A stretch of DNA of 32,000 bases from Candidatus Saccharimonadota bacterium (GTDB lineage: Bacteria; Pseudomonadota; Gammaproteobacteria; Enterobacterales; Enterobacteriaceae), in the NCBI GenBank assembly GCA_049942775.1, contig CP188087.1:420001-452000 (forward strand), read 5' to 3'. Position 1 is the stretch's first letter; every line of letters starts with the position of its first letter. The notes under the pieces are model-generated. The model was not told where the DNA came from and made no database searches. It saw only the letters and a program-made list of their open reading frames with translations. Positions 1-10,366 of this stretch are shown here, piece after piece. A program made the translations under genes and the position numbers.

Positions 1-317
1 AAATAATCTTTGAAAAATTTAAAAAAAAAATAAACATAAAAAAATTACTAGAATATTTTGGAAAAAAAAACATTAATGTTGTCTGGATAGAATCTGGACC
101 TTGTTTAGCAGGATATTTTTTAGAAAAAAAATTAATAGATGAACTAATTTTATACACATCTCCTAAAATATTAGGTCAAACAGCAAAACCACTTTTTGAG
201 TTAAATAATCCGATAAAAAATGTTAATAAAGAACAAGATTTTATATTTCACAAAATTGAATTGATTGCTTCAGATTTAAAAATTATACTTAGAAAAAAAA
301 ATGTTTCTATCGATTGA
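1..317 (+). CDS. ribD: Riboflavin biosynthesis protein RibD, C-terminal (reductase domain) part. The 5' end lies outside the window.
   Basis: The frame with codons starting at nt 3 is open from the window edge to TGA at 315-317. The translation ...NVVWIESGPCLAGYFLEKKLIDELILYTSPKILGQTAKPLF...FIFHKIELIASDLKIIL... matches the conserved RibD C-terminus as I recall it for E. coli (...[31 protein letters not shown]...FKFKEIRHVGPDVCLHL). It lies upstream of nusB as in E. coli. It is absent from the ORF track because it has no start codon in the window. Confidence 0.8.
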   Translation, partial: IIFEKFKKKINIKKLLEYFGKKNINVVWIESGPCLAGYFLEKKLIDELILYTSPKILGQTAKPLFELNNPIKNVNKEQDFIFHKIELIASDLKIILRKKNVSID

Positions 318-350
318 CAATTAATTTAAATAAAAACATAAGAAATAAAG

Positions 351-773
351 ATGATAAATTCTAAATTAAGAAGACAAGCTAGAAGATACGCTTTACAAGC
401 GTTATATGCTTGGAAAACCTCTGGAAATGATATTAATGTTATAAAGTTACAATTTCTAGAAGAAAAAAAAATGAATCATGTTGATGTTGTATATTTTAAA
501 AAATTAATTTTAGGAGTAGTAAAAAACTATAATTATATCGACAAAAAAATTCAACCATATCTAAGCCGAACATCAAAACAAGTTGATCCGATAGAAAAAA
601 CAATACTTAGAATTGCTTTTTATGAACTTCTAATAAGAAACGATATTCCATATAAAGTATCCATTAATGAAGGAATTGAATTAGCAAAAACTTTTGGAGC
701 ACAAGATAGTCATAAATTTATTAATGGAGTTTTAGACAAAGCTGCATCTAAAATAAAATCAAAAAAGCATTAA
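351..773 (+). CDS. nusB: Transcription antitermination factor NusB
   Basis: The 140-aa ORF aligns end to end with E. coli NusB: [62 protein letters not shown]. Confidence 0.95.
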   Translation: MINSKLRRQARRYALQALYAWKTSGNDINVIKLQFLEEKKMNHVDVVYFKKLILGVVKNYNYIDKKIQPYLSRTSKQVDPIEKTILRIAFYELLIRNDIPYKVSINEGIELAKTFGAQDSHKFINGVLDKAASKIKSKKH

Positions 774-1972
774 AGTTTATTTTTTCGATTAACTCTTAAA
801 GAAAAAAAAAAATATACATATAAAAACCAAATTATACTAATTCCTAAAAGGAATAAAACAACATTATATAATCTAAATATACTTAAAATTAATCCACCAA
901 CACTACCTCCTAGTGCCGCTCCTAAAAATTGAAACATAGAAAATAGTCCCATAATTGTTCCTTTATATGCAACAGGAACAATTCTTCCAATTAAAGAAGG
1001 AATATAAAATTCTAAAAAACTAAAAAATATAAAAAATAATTCTAAATATATAAAAAAATTAAATTCATTATTAATATTTTTAAAAAAAATCAATTCCGAT
1101 ATAAATAATACAAATACAAATAGTAATAAAATAGTTTTTGGAAATAATAATTTTTCTATTTTTTTTACAAAAAATGATATTACTAAGAAATCAATAATTA
1201 TTATTGGCAAATAAATTTTCCAATAATTATTAATTTTAAATCCAAAAAAAATTAGCTCTTTTGAAAAAATTATGAAATTTGTTGTCAATAAAAAATTTAC
1301 TAAAAAAATACTAAAAAACAAAATTTTTATATCGTCGTCAATAAAATACAAAATTTTTTTATAATTTATTTTTTTATTTTTACTTCTATTTAAAAAAGAA
1401 TAATAATCAGAAGGAAAAAATAAATAAATCAGTACTATAGATAACAAACTCAATATAGAAATTATAATATATATAAATTGAAAACCAAAAAGATGAAAAA
1501 TGATAGGACCAATAATAATTGATGAAACAAAAGAGAAAACAAAAGAAAAACCTAAAAAAAACATTGATCTAGTTTGATTTTTTTTTGTAATTAAATCTGT
1601 CATAAAAACCATCAATATAGAAGAAATAGAACCAGCTCCCTGTAAAGCTCTACTAATTATTAAACCAGTTAGGGAAAATGTGGTTGCACCAATTACGCTT
1701 CCAATAAAAAATAGAACTAAGCCAAATAAAATAATTCTTTTTCTACCAAATATATCTGAAATAAATCCTAAAGGAATTTGAAAAATAAATTGAAAAAACC
1801 CATAAACCCCTATAGCAATTCCAACTAAAAAATCGTTTGCTTCTAGTTGATTTAAACCATAAATGGGAATTATAGGACTAACAACAAATAAACCAAACAT
1901 TCTTAAAAAAAACACAAAACAAAAAAGTAAAATAAGATTTTTTTCACTTAATTTATAGTTATAATTTTTCAT
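770..1972 (-). CDS. yajR: MFS-family transporter, YajR-like
   Basis: The 400-aa polytopic membrane ORF has an N-terminal half that aligns with E. coli YajR: [81 protein letters not shown]. It sits next to cyoE as yajR does in E. coli. It ends before the cytosolic C-terminal domain of E. coli YajR. Confidence 0.85.
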   Translation of the reverse strand: MKNYNYKLSEKNLILLFCFVFFLRMFGLFVVSPIIPIYGLNQLEANDFLVGIAIGVYGFFQFIFQIPLGFISDIFGRKRIILFGLVLFFIGSVIGATTFSLTGLIISRALQGAGSISSILMVFMTDLITKKNQTRSMFFLGFSFVFSFVSSIIIGPIIFHLFGFQFIYIIISILSLLSIVLIYLFFPSDYYSFLNRSKNKKINYKKILYFIDDDIKILFFSIFLVNFLLTTNFIIFSKELIFFGFKINNYWKIYLPIIIIDFLVISFFVKKIEKLLFPKTILLLFVFVLFISELIFFKNINNEFNFFIYLELFFIFFSFLEFYIPSLIGRIVPVAYKGTIMGLFSMFQFLGAALGGSVGGLILSIFRLYNVVLFLLGISIIWFLYVYFFFSLRVNRKNKL

Positions 1973-2146
1973 AATTAAATTTTAATTTTAAAAAATAAAA
2001 AAAAGAAAGATTTTTATAAAAAAATACATGATAAAAAAATAATTTTCTTTTTTAGAACAAAATTTAAAAAAAAATTGCACTAAAAATTTATTTAAAATTA
2101 CTTTTTTGGAAATACAAAAATAAAAAAAACATAAAAAATAAAAAAT

Positions 2147-2485
2147 ATGAAAAAAAAATCAAAAAATTTACCAAAAAACAATTTTTTTAATTCAGACGGT
2201 TATTTAAAAAATTATTTAAATTGGAACGAAAAAATTGCCTTTAAAATTGCAAAAAAAGAATCAATAAATTTAACAGTTTGTCATTGGGAAATAATTTTAT
2301 TTATAAGAAATTTCTATTTAAAATTTAAATTAACTCCTTCTATGAAAATGTTATCTAAGTCTCTGAAACTAAAATTTGGAAATAAAAAATCTAATAGTAT
2401 TTATTTATATAAATTATTTCCTAAAGGACCGTCAAATCAAGCTAGTAAAATAGCTGGAATACCAAAACCAAACCACTGTTTATAA
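2147..2485 (+). CDS. tusE: Sulfurtransferase TusE (DsrC/YccK family)
   Basis: The 112-aa ORF matches E. coli TusE closely: DGYLKNYLNWNE, HWEIILFIRNFYLKF, SMKMLSK, NSIYLYKLFPKGPSNQASKIAGIPKPNHCL. The conserved C-terminal Cys is in the penultimate position. Confidence 0.92.
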   Translation: MKKKSKNLPKNNFFNSDGYLKNYLNWNEKIAFKIAKKESINLTVCHWEIILFIRNFYLKFKLTPSMKMLSKSLKLKFGNKKSNSIYLYKLFPKGPSNQASKIAGIPKPNHCL

Positions 2486-2511
2486 AAAAACTTTTCATAG
2501 ATAATATTTAT

Positions 2512-3360
2512 CTAACTAATATAATCAAAAGAAATAAAAAAACTAAAATTTAATATGATCAATATAGATACAAATATGGAACTACGAATATAAAAAATAC
2601 AATTTTGAGTTATAAAAAAAGATAATAAAAACCAAAGAAAAGAAAAAACGAAATTAGTAAAAAAAAAATAATACCCAACATAATTCCAACAAGTTAATAA
2701 CGAAGAACACAAAAAATAAAATAATATAAAAAATAAAATTCTTTTTTTAGTCTTTTTAAATCCTTCTACAACTGGAAAAATAGGAATGTTTGCCTTTTTA
2801 TACTCATCTAAATATTTAATACCAATTAAATAAAAATGAGGAATTTGCCATATAAAAATTATAAAGAACAAAACTAAAGAACATAAATCTAAATTATTAG
2901 AAACCGAACAATAACCAATCATTGGTGGAATTGCTCCAGCAATTCCACCAATGTATGTTGAATATTTAGTTTTTCTTTTTGAAAAAAAAGTATATAAAAT
3001 TATATAATCAAAATATGCAATAACACTTAATAAAAATACAATATCATTTACAAAAACATAAAAAACTAAAAAACCCAAACAACCTAATAAATAAGAAAAA
3101 AAGTTTATCTTCCACTTTGACAATTTCAATTTTACTAAAATTCTATTTCTAGTTCTATTCATTACTTTATCAAGATCATGATCAATAACATTATTAATAA
3201 TACAACTAGATGCAATAATTAAAATCAACCCAACTGAAGAAAAAAACAACAAAAAATAATTATCTTCTCCTTTAGAGGATAATAAAAATCCTCCAATCAT
3301 AGTAACTAAATTTCCTAAAATTATTCTAGGTTTAACTAATTCTAAATAAAAAAGTAACAT
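2512..3360 (-). CDS. cyoE: Protoheme IX farnesyltransferase (heme O synthase) CyoE
   Basis: The 282-aa membrane ORF matches E. coli CyoE: LVKPRIILGNL..IGGFLL, NNVIDHDLDKVMNRTRNRILV, GGIAGAIPPMIGYC, WQIPHFY, ANIPIFPVV. It lies last in the cyo cluster. Confidence 0.93.
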   Translation of the reverse strand: MLLFYLELVKPRIILGNLVTMIGGFLLSSKGEDNYFLLFFSSVGLILIIASSCIINNVIDHDLDKVMNRTRNRILVKLKLSKWKINFFSYLLGCLGFLVFYVFVNDIVFLLSVIAYFDYIILYTFFSKRKTKYSTYIGGIAGAIPPMIGYCSVSNNLDLCSLVLFFIIFIWQIPHFYLIGIKYLDEYKKANIPIFPVVEGFKKTKKRILFFILFYFLCSSLLTCWNYVGYYFFFTNFVFSFLWFLLSFFITQNCIFYIRSSIFVSILIILNFSFFISFDYIS

Positions 3361-3375
3361 TTTTTTATATTTCTT

Positions 3376-3714
3376 CTAATTTTTCATAAGATTGTTATTT
3401 AAATTATGCATTATCCATATAGATCCAAAAAAAATAATTAAAACTACAAAAAAAGAAAACAGTAAAAAGATAGTATTCCAATTTTTATAACTGTTTAAAT
3501 TAAATCCAAAAAGGTATCGAAGTTGAACAATAATTTGTAGAGTGCACAACAAAATTAGTAAAAATATAGTTTTTTCTTTAGATACACAATTTTTAATTAT
3601 CAATAAAAATGAAATTATTGTTAAAAAAAAAGATAAAAAAAAACCAAGAAAACAATTCTTTTTTCTAGTTCTAATGTTGTTTATAATTATTTTTTTTTCA
3701 CAAGCATTTTTCAC
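3376..3714 (-). CDS. cyoD: Cytochrome bo3 ubiquinol oxidase subunit IV CyoD. The start is revised to an in-frame GTG.
   Basis: The C-terminal two thirds align with E. coli CyoD (...FLSFFLTIISFLL..., GSIWIMHNLNNNLM). The ORF-track start at 3780 adds about 22 aa with no counterpart and overlaps cyoC by 70 nt. An in-frame GTG at 3714-3712 overlaps the cyoC stop (3713-3711) as GTGA and gives 112 aa, against about 109 aa recalled for E. coli. Confidence 0.85.
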   Translation of the reverse strand: MKNACEKKIIINNIRTRKKNCFLGFFLSFFLTIISFLLIIKNCVSKEKTIFLLILLCTLQIIVQLRYLFGFNLNSYKNWNTIFLLFSFFVVLIIFFGSIWIMHNLNNNLMKN

Positions 3715-4334
3715 ACAATTACTCCAATCAAATAAACAAAAGTAAAAACAAAAACCCAAACTAAATCCAAAAAATGCCAAAATAAACTAAAACATTTGAT
3801 TCTCGAATAAACTAAAGGAGTAAAACCTATTTTTATTATTTGTAAAATTAAAAAAAACATCCATATTATTCCAAAAACAACATGTAATCCATGTAAAGAT
3901 ATTATAGTAAAAAAAATAGATAAAAAACCACTTTTTTGTGGTAAGAAACCTTTTGAACTACAATCTAAAAATTCAAATAATTCTATGGAAATAAAAATAA
4001 CTCCTAAAAACAAAGTTAAAACTAAATAAAAAAAAGTAGATTTTTTTTTGTTTAAATCAAAAAAAATCGTAGTTAATACGCAAGTCATTGAACTAAATAA
4101 CAAAACTAACGATTCTAACATTACTAATTTTAAATTGAATAATTCTTGTTTAAAAAAATTTACATTATTTTGATAAAACATTATTGCGTAAACTGAAAAA
4201 AGAACAGAAAAAAAAATAGCATCACTAACTAGATATAACCACATCCCAAACATTTTTTTATCTAAATTGCTATTTTTGTAATTGAGCTCTTTAAAAGACA
4301 TACTATTGTCTTTTTGATCGCTGATGATTGTCAT
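3711..4334 (-). CDS. cyoC: Cytochrome bo3 ubiquinol oxidase subunit III CyoC
   Basis: The 207-aa ORF matches E. coli CyoC: [69 protein letters not shown]. An alternative start is the ATG at 4301, 1 nt after the cyoB stop. The ATG at 4334 has an AGGA about 12 nt upstream. Confidence 0.93.
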   Translation of the reverse strand: MTIISDQKDNSMSFKELNYKNSNLDKKMFGMWLYLVSDAIFFSVLFSVYAIMFYQNNVNFFKQELFNLKLVMLESLVLLFSSMTCVLTTIFFDLNKKKSTFFYLVLTLFLGVIFISIELFEFLDCSSKGFLPQKSGFLSIFFTIISLHGLHVVFGIIWMFFLILQIIKIGFTPLVYSRIKCFSLFWHFLDLVWVFVFTFVYLIGVIV

Positions 4335-6342
4335 TATTGTTATAATCCTGTTTTAATAGATTATCTATTTCAATATTTTTAACATGTTTGGAAGAAAGAG
4401 AATATTTAAAGCTAGTTTTAAAACCACTAATAAAAAAAGTAAAAAAAATTAAAAACAAAGATAAAAAAAACATCCATGAAATATGCCAAATTGCTGAAAA
4501 ACCTAAGAAAACAGAAAATAAACCAACAAAAAAACCAATATTAGTGTTTTTAGGAATTTTAATTTCTGGTAAAGAAGATATTGAGAAAAAGTCTTTTTGT
4601 TCAATTTTTCTTCTCCAAAAATCATCTTTGCTTTTTACTACCGGTAGAATAGAAAAATTATATATTGGTGGAGGAGAACATGTAGACCATTCCAACGTTC
4701 TTCCATTCCAAGGATCTCCTGTAAGATCAAGATTTAAATTTTTATCTCTAATTGACACATAAAACTGTATAATTTGACAAATAATTCCAATGAAAATTAG
4801 AATTGTTCCAAAACCGGAAACAGCTAATAAATAGTGAAATTCAGGATTAATATGTTGACTTAATCGACGAGTCATTCCCATTAAACCTAAAAAATACAAT
4901 GGAATGAATGCAATAAAAAAACCTGTTATCCAAAACCAAAAAGCACGTTTTCCCCACTTTTCATTTAAAATAAAACCAAAAATTTTTGGAAACCAATAAC
5001 TAATTCCTGCAAAAGAACCAAATAATACACCTCCTATGATTACATTATGAAAATGTGCAACTAAAAATAAACTATTATGTAATACAAAATCAATGCTAGG
5101 CAAAGACAACAAAATTCCAGTCATTCCACCTATTGTAAAAGTAACTAAAAATCCTACCGTCCATAGTAATGATGTATGCATATATAATCGGCCTTGATAC
5201 ATAGTAAACAACCAGTTAAAAATCTTTACACCGGTTGGTATAGCTATTACCATGGTAGAAATTCCAAAAAAAGAATTTACGTTTGCACCAGCTCCCATAG
5301 TAAAAAAATGATGTAACCAAACAACAAAAGACAAAATCATAATTGATATCGTAGCCCAAACTAAAGAAAAATAACCAAATAACGATTTTCTAGAAAATGT
5401 TGATACTATTTCAGAAAAAATACCGAAAGCAGGTAAAACTAATATGTATACTTCTGGATGTCCCCAAATCCAAATTAAATTTACATACATCATAGGATTA
5501 CCTCCCATTTCTGTAGTAAAGAAATGAAAATTAAAATATCTATCTAAAGTTAACAAAAGCAAAGTTGCTGTTAAAACTGGAAAAGAAGCTAAAATTAACA
5601 CATTAGTACACAATGAAGTCCATGTAAAAATAGGCATTTTAAATAAGCTCATTCCTTTAGCTCGCATTTTAAGTATTGTAACTATGAAATTTATAGCAGT
5701 CATAGTAGTTCCAACACCTGCCAATTGTAAACTCCAAATCCAATAATCTACTCCTACTCCAGGACTATATTTAATTCCAGATAATGGAGGATATGATAAC
5801 CAACCAGTTCTAGCAAATTCTCCTATAAAAAATGATAAATTAATAATTACTACACCTGTAACTGTTAGCCAAAAACTTAAATTGTTTAGTATTGGAAAAG
5901 CAAGATCTCTGGCTCCTATTTGTAAGGGAACTACAAAATTCATTATTCCTATAACCAGAGGCATGGCAACAAAAAAAATCATAATAACTCCATGAGCTGT
6001 AAATATTTGATCATAATGATCTGCAGTCAAATATCCACTTTTGCTAACAAAATTATTACCTACGATATTACCATTGTCACCAGAAGAGAGAAATTGTTGC
6101 ATTCTCATCATTAAAGCATCAATAAACCCTCTAAAAAACATCATTATTGCTATAAAAAAATACATTATTGCAATTTTTTTATGATCCACACTAGTGAACC
6201 AATCGTTCCATAAATATTTCCATTTTTTAAAATAAGTTATAGAAGCAAATAAAAAAGCTCCAATAATCATTATTATGATATAAGTGAAAAAAATAATAGG
6301 TTCATGATATGGAATAGCTGCAATTGTTAACTTTCCGAACAT
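4303..6342 (-). CDS. cyoB: Cytochrome bo3 ubiquinol oxidase subunit I CyoB
   Basis: The 679-aa ORF is near-collinear with E. coli CyoB from MFGKL to the C-terminus: WLTSVDHK-like [77 protein letters not shown]. Confidence 0.97.
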   Translation of the reverse strand: MFGKLTIAAIPYHEPIIFFTYIIIMIIGAFLFASITYFKKWKYLWNDWFTSVDHKKIAIMYFFIAIMMFFRGFIDALMMRMQQFLSSGDNGNIVGNNFVSKSGYLTADHYDQIFTAHGVIMIFFVAMPLVIGIMNFVVPLQIGARDLAFPILNNLSFWLTVTGVVIINLSFFIGEFARTGWLSYPPLSGIKYSPGVGVDYWIWSLQLAGVGTTMTAINFIVTILKMRAKGMSLFKMPIFTWTSLCTNVLILASFPVLTATLLLLTLDRYFNFHFFTTEMGGNPMMYVNLIWIWGHPEVYILVLPAFGIFSEIVSTFSRKSLFGYFSLVWATISIMILSFVVWLHHFFTMGAGANVNSFFGISTMVIAIPTGVKIFNWLFTMYQGRLYMHTSLLWTVGFLVTFTIGGMTGILLSLPSIDFVLHNSLFLVAHFHNVIIGGVLFGSFAGISYWFPKIFGFILNEKWGKRAFWFWITGFFIAFIPLYFLGLMGMTRRLSQHINPEFHYLLAVSGFGTILIFIGIICQIIQFYVSIRDKNLNLDLTGDPWNGRTLEWSTCSPPPIYNFSILPVVKSKDDFWRRKIEQKDFFSISSLPEIKIPKNTNIGFFVGLFSVFLGFSAIWHISWMFFLSLFLIFFTFFISGFKTSFKYSLSSKHVKNIEIDNLLKQDYNNNDNHQRSKRQ

Positions 6343-6426
6343 CTCATTCCATCCTTATAAATATTACGTTGTTCATTAAAATATTTTATAAATATAAAAA
6401 GACATATTTTATTACTTCTTTTGATC

Positions 6427-7293
6427 TTAACTTTCACAATTGTATTTTAAAATTTTATTAAAAAGTCCAGTATTAATATCAGAAAAATATTCAACGAAAT
6501 GATTTTCATCAGGTATTGATATTGTTTTAAAAATATTAAAATTATTAATTTTTTTATAAGATTTTTTTACTTTTTTTATCCATAAGTGAAATAGCTTCTG
6601 ATCATTTATTGCTAATACTTTGAATTTCATATCAGAAAAGCCTCTTCCACTATAGTTAGAAGAAATCCCTTTATAAAAACCCGGATAATTAGTTATTAAA
6701 TGTAATTTACTTACCATTCCAGGCATTGCATAAATTTGACTTCCTAAAGATGGAATAAAAAAAGAGTTCATAACTGAATTAGAAGTAATTCTAAATTCTA
6801 TAGGAGTATTTATTGGAAATACAATTTCATTAATAGTTGCAATATTTTCTTCTGGATAAATAAACAACCATTTCCAATCTAAAGAAACTACTTCTATTTT
6901 AACAGGTTTAATTACAGAGGACAAAGGTTTACTAGGTTCTAACTCATGTGCTGATTGATAAGATAAATAAGATAAAATTAAAATAATTAAAATTGGAAAG
7001 AACCAAATTGCTAATTCAATCATATTCGAATGATCCCAATTTGGTTTATATACATTTGTATGAAAATTTTTTTTATATTTCCAAACAAAAAAAAATATCA
7101 TAATAAATACAGGTACTACTATTAATAACATTAGAGAAAAAGCAATTGCAATCAATGAATATTGTTTAATAGCAATTTCTCCCCTTGGTAAAAGAAAGTT
7201 GTTGCTACAACCAGATAGAAATAATATAGTTGTGAAAAACACAATTTTTATTATAATGTTACTTTCTTTTTTTAATTTCATTATATTCCTCAT
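6427..7293 (-). CDS. cyoA: Cytochrome bo3 ubiquinol oxidase subunit II CyoA (lipoprotein precursor)
   Basis: The 288-aa ORF has a signal peptide with the lipobox LSGC. It matches E. coli CyoA: PNWDHSN, VVSLDWKWLFIYPE, NSVMNSFFIPSLGSQIYAMPGM, YSGRGFSDMKFK. An alternative start is the ATG at 7281. It lacks the hydrophilic C-terminal tail of the E. coli protein. Confidence 0.93.
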   Translation of the reverse strand: MRNIMKLKKESNIIIKIVFFTTILFLSGCSNNFLLPRGEIAIKQYSLIAIAFSLMLLIVVPVFIMIFFFVWKYKKNFHTNVYKPNWDHSNMIELAIWFFPILIILILSYLSYQSAHELEPSKPLSSVIKPVKIEVVSLDWKWLFIYPEENIATINEIVFPINTPIEFRITSNSVMNSFFIPSLGSQIYAMPGMVSKLHLITNYPGFYKGISSNYSGRGFSDMKFKVLAINDQKLFHLWIKKVKKSYKKINNFNIFKTISIPDENHFVEYFSDINTGLFNKILKYNCES

Positions 7294-8143
7294 CTAGAAA
7301 TTATTTAGAACTTGATTTATCAAAAAAAAATAACATATTTAACAAAAAAATTGTAGAAAATATTATTAACAAGTCTGTCATTTAAAATTTTTTAAAACTT
7401 ATTACTTAATCAATAATTAGGTATTTATCTAAACTTTAATTTTTAATACATATTATCTTAATAAAAAAATACCATTTTATATTTATTTAAAATAATTTTT
7501 TAAAAATAAATAAAGTTCTTTTACTAAAATCAAAACTTAACTATGTAAAACAAAATCAGAATTTTTACAACTATAAAATATAAAAAGTTTTTTATTAAAA
7601 AAAAAAAATAACAATCTTAAAATTTAATTTACATACAATTATTACGGCATTAAAATTAAATGTTTAAAATTTTAAGCAATTATTGTTATTATATTTATAA
7701 CTAGGAAAAACAAAAAAATTATTAGTATCCTCATACTACACTGAAAACTAGATAGAAAATTATTTTTTACGCATTAATAATTATATAAAATAATAAATAT
7801 TTTTTAATAAGTTAATTTAGGAAAATTTTTTAAAAAAAATTTTAAAAAATTGAAAATTTTATCTTCAAAAAAAATATCAATAAACAACTTCAAAAAAGTA
7901 ATTCTTTAGTTTTGAAGAAAAAATTTAAAAATATATATTTATGTTATGTATTTACTTTTATGAAACTAGAAAAAAAATATCTATTTGATAATCTAAATTA
8001 TCTCTTCCTTAAATTTAAATTTTTATATTTTTTCCTTCCAAAGATGTTTTAAATATAGAATTAACTTTTTTTACAAATTTAAAATTATAAATTGAACTTA
8101 CATTGATTAATATAAATAAAAAAACAAAATTTTTAAAAATATT
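7294..8143. other. Long ORF-free AT-rich spacer, a probable gene-loss scar at the position of ampG-yajG-bolA-tig in E. coli
   Basis: No ORF of 60 aa or more on either strand across 850 bp. It is the longest non-coding stretch in the window. It is flanked by cyoA and clpP, which in E. coli are separated by ampG, yajG, bolA and tig. Confidence 0.5.
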
Positions 8144-8155
8144 TTGAGAAAAAAA

Positions 8156-8782
8156 ATGATATTCTATAAAAACAAAAATTATAAAAAAAACCAAATTAAT
8201 TCATATTTTATTCCAATGGTTGTTGAACAACATTCTACAGGCGAACGTTCGTACGATATTTATTCTCGTTTATTACAAGATAGGATAATTTTTTTCACTG
8301 GAGTTCTTAACGATGAATTATCTAATTTAATCGTAGCTCAATTATTGTTTTTAGAATCAACAGATGCAAAAAAAGATATTTTTATATACATTAATTCTCC
8401 TGGAGGATCAGTAACTGCAGGATTTTCTATTTACGATACAATGAAATTTATTAAACCTAAAATAAACACAATTTGTTTAGGACAAGCATGTTCTATGGGA
8501 GCTTTCATTTTAGCTTCAGGAGAAAAGGGAAAACGGTTTTCATTACCAAATTCTAGAATTATGATACATCAACCAATAGGTGGAATAAAAGGTCAAGCTT
8601 CAGATATAGCAATTCATACAAAAGAGATAATAAACATAAAAAATAAAATTAATAAAATCTTTTCGGAAATTACGGGAAAAAATATAAAAAAAATAAAAAA
8701 AGATACTGAAAGAGATCGATTTTTTTCTCCAAATGAAGCAATGGAATATGGACTAATTGATTCAATTATAGTAAAAAGATAA
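8156..8782 (+). CDS. clpP: ATP-dependent Clp protease proteolytic subunit ClpP
   Basis: Matches E. coli ClpP: [31 protein letters not shown], active-site Ser in QACSMGAF, His in IMIHQP, Asp in ERDRF. The ORF-track start at 8144 is a TTG. The first ATG is at 8156. Confidence 0.95.
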   Translation: MIFYKNKNYKKNQINSYFIPMVVEQHSTGERSYDIYSRLLQDRIIFFTGVLNDELSNLIVAQLLFLESTDAKKDIFIYINSPGGSVTAGFSIYDTMKFIKPKINTICLGQACSMGAFILASGEKGKRFSLPNSRIMIHQPIGGIKGQASDIAIHTKEIINIKNKINKIFSEITGKNIKKIKKDTERDRFFSPNEAMEYGLIDSIIVKR

Positions 8783-8920
8783 TTTTTTTTATAAAATTAA
8801 ATCATATTTATTAAAATGATTAATTTTTATTAAAAAAAAATTTATTTAATGAAATATATTATTTATTAAATTTCAAAAATTTAAATAATAAAAAATTGTA
8901 ACTAAAACTAAGAAAAGATT

Positions 8921-10204
8921 ATGTCTAAAAATCAAAAAAATAATTCCAAAAATAATATTTTTTGTTCATTTTGTAAAAAAAAACAGGAAGAACTACAAAA
9001 AATTATATCTGGTCCATCTGTAAATATTTGCGACAGATGTATCACAATATGTTATAAAATTGTTAAAAATGACAATAAAAAAAAAGAAGAAGATATAAAA
9101 TTAACTAATTTACCTACTCCAAAAAAAATATATGAACATTTAGATCAATATGTAGTTGGTCAAGAACAAGCAAAAAAAATGTTATCAGTTGCTGTATACA
9201 ATCATTATAAAAAAATAAAATATATAAATACTAAATCAGAAAATCAAATTGAAATAGGAAAAAGCAATGTTTTATTAATTGGACCTACTGGAAGCGGAAA
9301 AACTTTTTTAGCAGAAACATTAGCTAAATATTTACAAGTCCCATTTTCTGTAGCTGATGCAACTACATTAACAGAAGCAGGATATGTAGGTGAAGATGTT
9401 GAAAATATATTATTAAAATTGTTACAAAATTGTGATTTCAATGTAAAAAAAGCTGAATTAGGCATTATTTACATAGATGAAATTGACAAAATATCTAAAA
9501 AATCTGAAAATCTATCAATTACTAGAGATGTTTCGGGAGAAGGAGTACAACAATCTTTGCTAAAATTAATTGAAGGAACTATTGCATCGATTCCTCCTAA
9601 GGGAGGTCGAAAACATCCACAACAAGATCTTATATATTTAAATACTTCAAAAATTTTATTTATTTGCGGTGGAACTTTTTATAATTTGGATAAAATTATT
9701 TCAAAAAGAAACAATAAAAATATAAATATTGGATTTAAAACAATAAAACATAAAAAAAAAATAAAAAAAGATGAACACAAAATAGGAAAAGTTCAAACTA
9801 AAGATTTAATTAAATTTGGTTTGATTCCAGAATTTATAGGAAGATTACCAATAATTGTAAAATTACATGATTTAAATAAAAAACTATTAATAGAAATTCT
9901 AACAAAACCAAAAAACTCTTTATTAAAACAATATGAAAAATTATTTCAATTAGAAGGAGTAAAACTAGAATTTCAAGAAAAATCAATCAGTTCTATTGCA
10001 AAAAGAGCTTTAGAAAAAAAAATAGGTGCTAGAGGGTTAAGATCAATAATAGAAGAAATTTTATTGGATACCATGTATGAATTACCTTCCTTACAAAATG
10101 TAAAAAAAGTAATTATTAGTTCATCTGTTATAAAAAAACAAGAAAAACCAATTTTTGTTTACAAAAAAAGCGAAATTGATGAAAAAATAAAATATAGAGA
10201 ATAA
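8921..10204 (+). CDS. clpX: ATP-dependent Clp protease ATP-binding subunit ClpX
   Basis: The 427-aa ORF has an N-terminal zinc-binding CSFC...CDRC motif and the Walker A motif GPTGSGKT. It also has [35 protein letters not shown] and GARGLRSI, all as in E. coli ClpX. Confidence 0.97.
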   Translation: MSKNQKNNSKNNIFCSFCKKKQEELQKIISGPSVNICDRCITICYKIVKNDNKKKEEDIKLTNLPTPKKIYEHLDQYVVGQEQAKKMLSVAVYNHYKKIKYINTKSENQIEIGKSNVLLIGPTGSGKTFLAETLAKYLQVPFSVADATTLTEAGYVGEDVENILLKLLQNCDFNVKKAELGIIYIDEIDKISKKSENLSITRDVSGEGVQQSLLKLIEGTIASIPPKGGRKHPQQDLIYLNTSKILFICGGTFYNLDKIISKRNNKNINIGFKTIKHKKKIKKDEHKIGKVQTKDLIKFGLIPEFIGRLPIIVKLHDLNKKLLIEILTKPKNSLLKQYEKLFQLEGVKLEFQEKSISSIAKRALEKKIGARGLRSIIEEILLDTMYELPSLQNVKKVIISSSVIKKQEKPIFVYKKSEIDEKIKYRE

Positions 10205-10336
10205 TTTAAGTTTAATACTATTCTTTCTTTAATATTAAAAATATTAATAATTATCAACATTTAATTATTATAATGTCTCAAATATCTATTCAAAAAAAAC
10301 TACTCCTTAAATCATCAAAGAGAGCACTCATATATT

Positions 10337-10366
10337 TTATTTATTTACATCACACATCCCATCGTA
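10337..10366 (+). promoter_or_regulatory. Candidate heat-shock (sigma32-type) promoter remnant upstream of lon
   Basis: ACATCCCATCGTAT (CCCAT at 10358-10362) resembles the E. coli lon sigma32 -10 region as I recall it (ACATCCCCATATAC). It lies in a locally GC-richer island. The expected -35 position (about 10337-10343) reads TTTATTT, a poor match to CTTGAAA. Confidence 0.35.

Noticed and set aside
7888-7917. An inverted repeat CTTCAAAA ... TTTTGAAG inside the cyoA-clpP gap.
   Set aside because: It is an 8-bp AT-rich stem with a 14-nt loop, within chance expectation for this composition, and has no supporting context.
8085-8120. Possible heat-shock or sigma70 promoter for clpP (ATTGAAC ... 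TATAAAT).
   Set aside because: The -35-like TTGAAC has no CCCCAT-type -10 at the sigma32 spacing, and the spacing to TATAAA-like hexamers is 13-15 nt. In DNA this AT-rich, TATAAT-like hexamers occur everywhere, so the call is not supportable.
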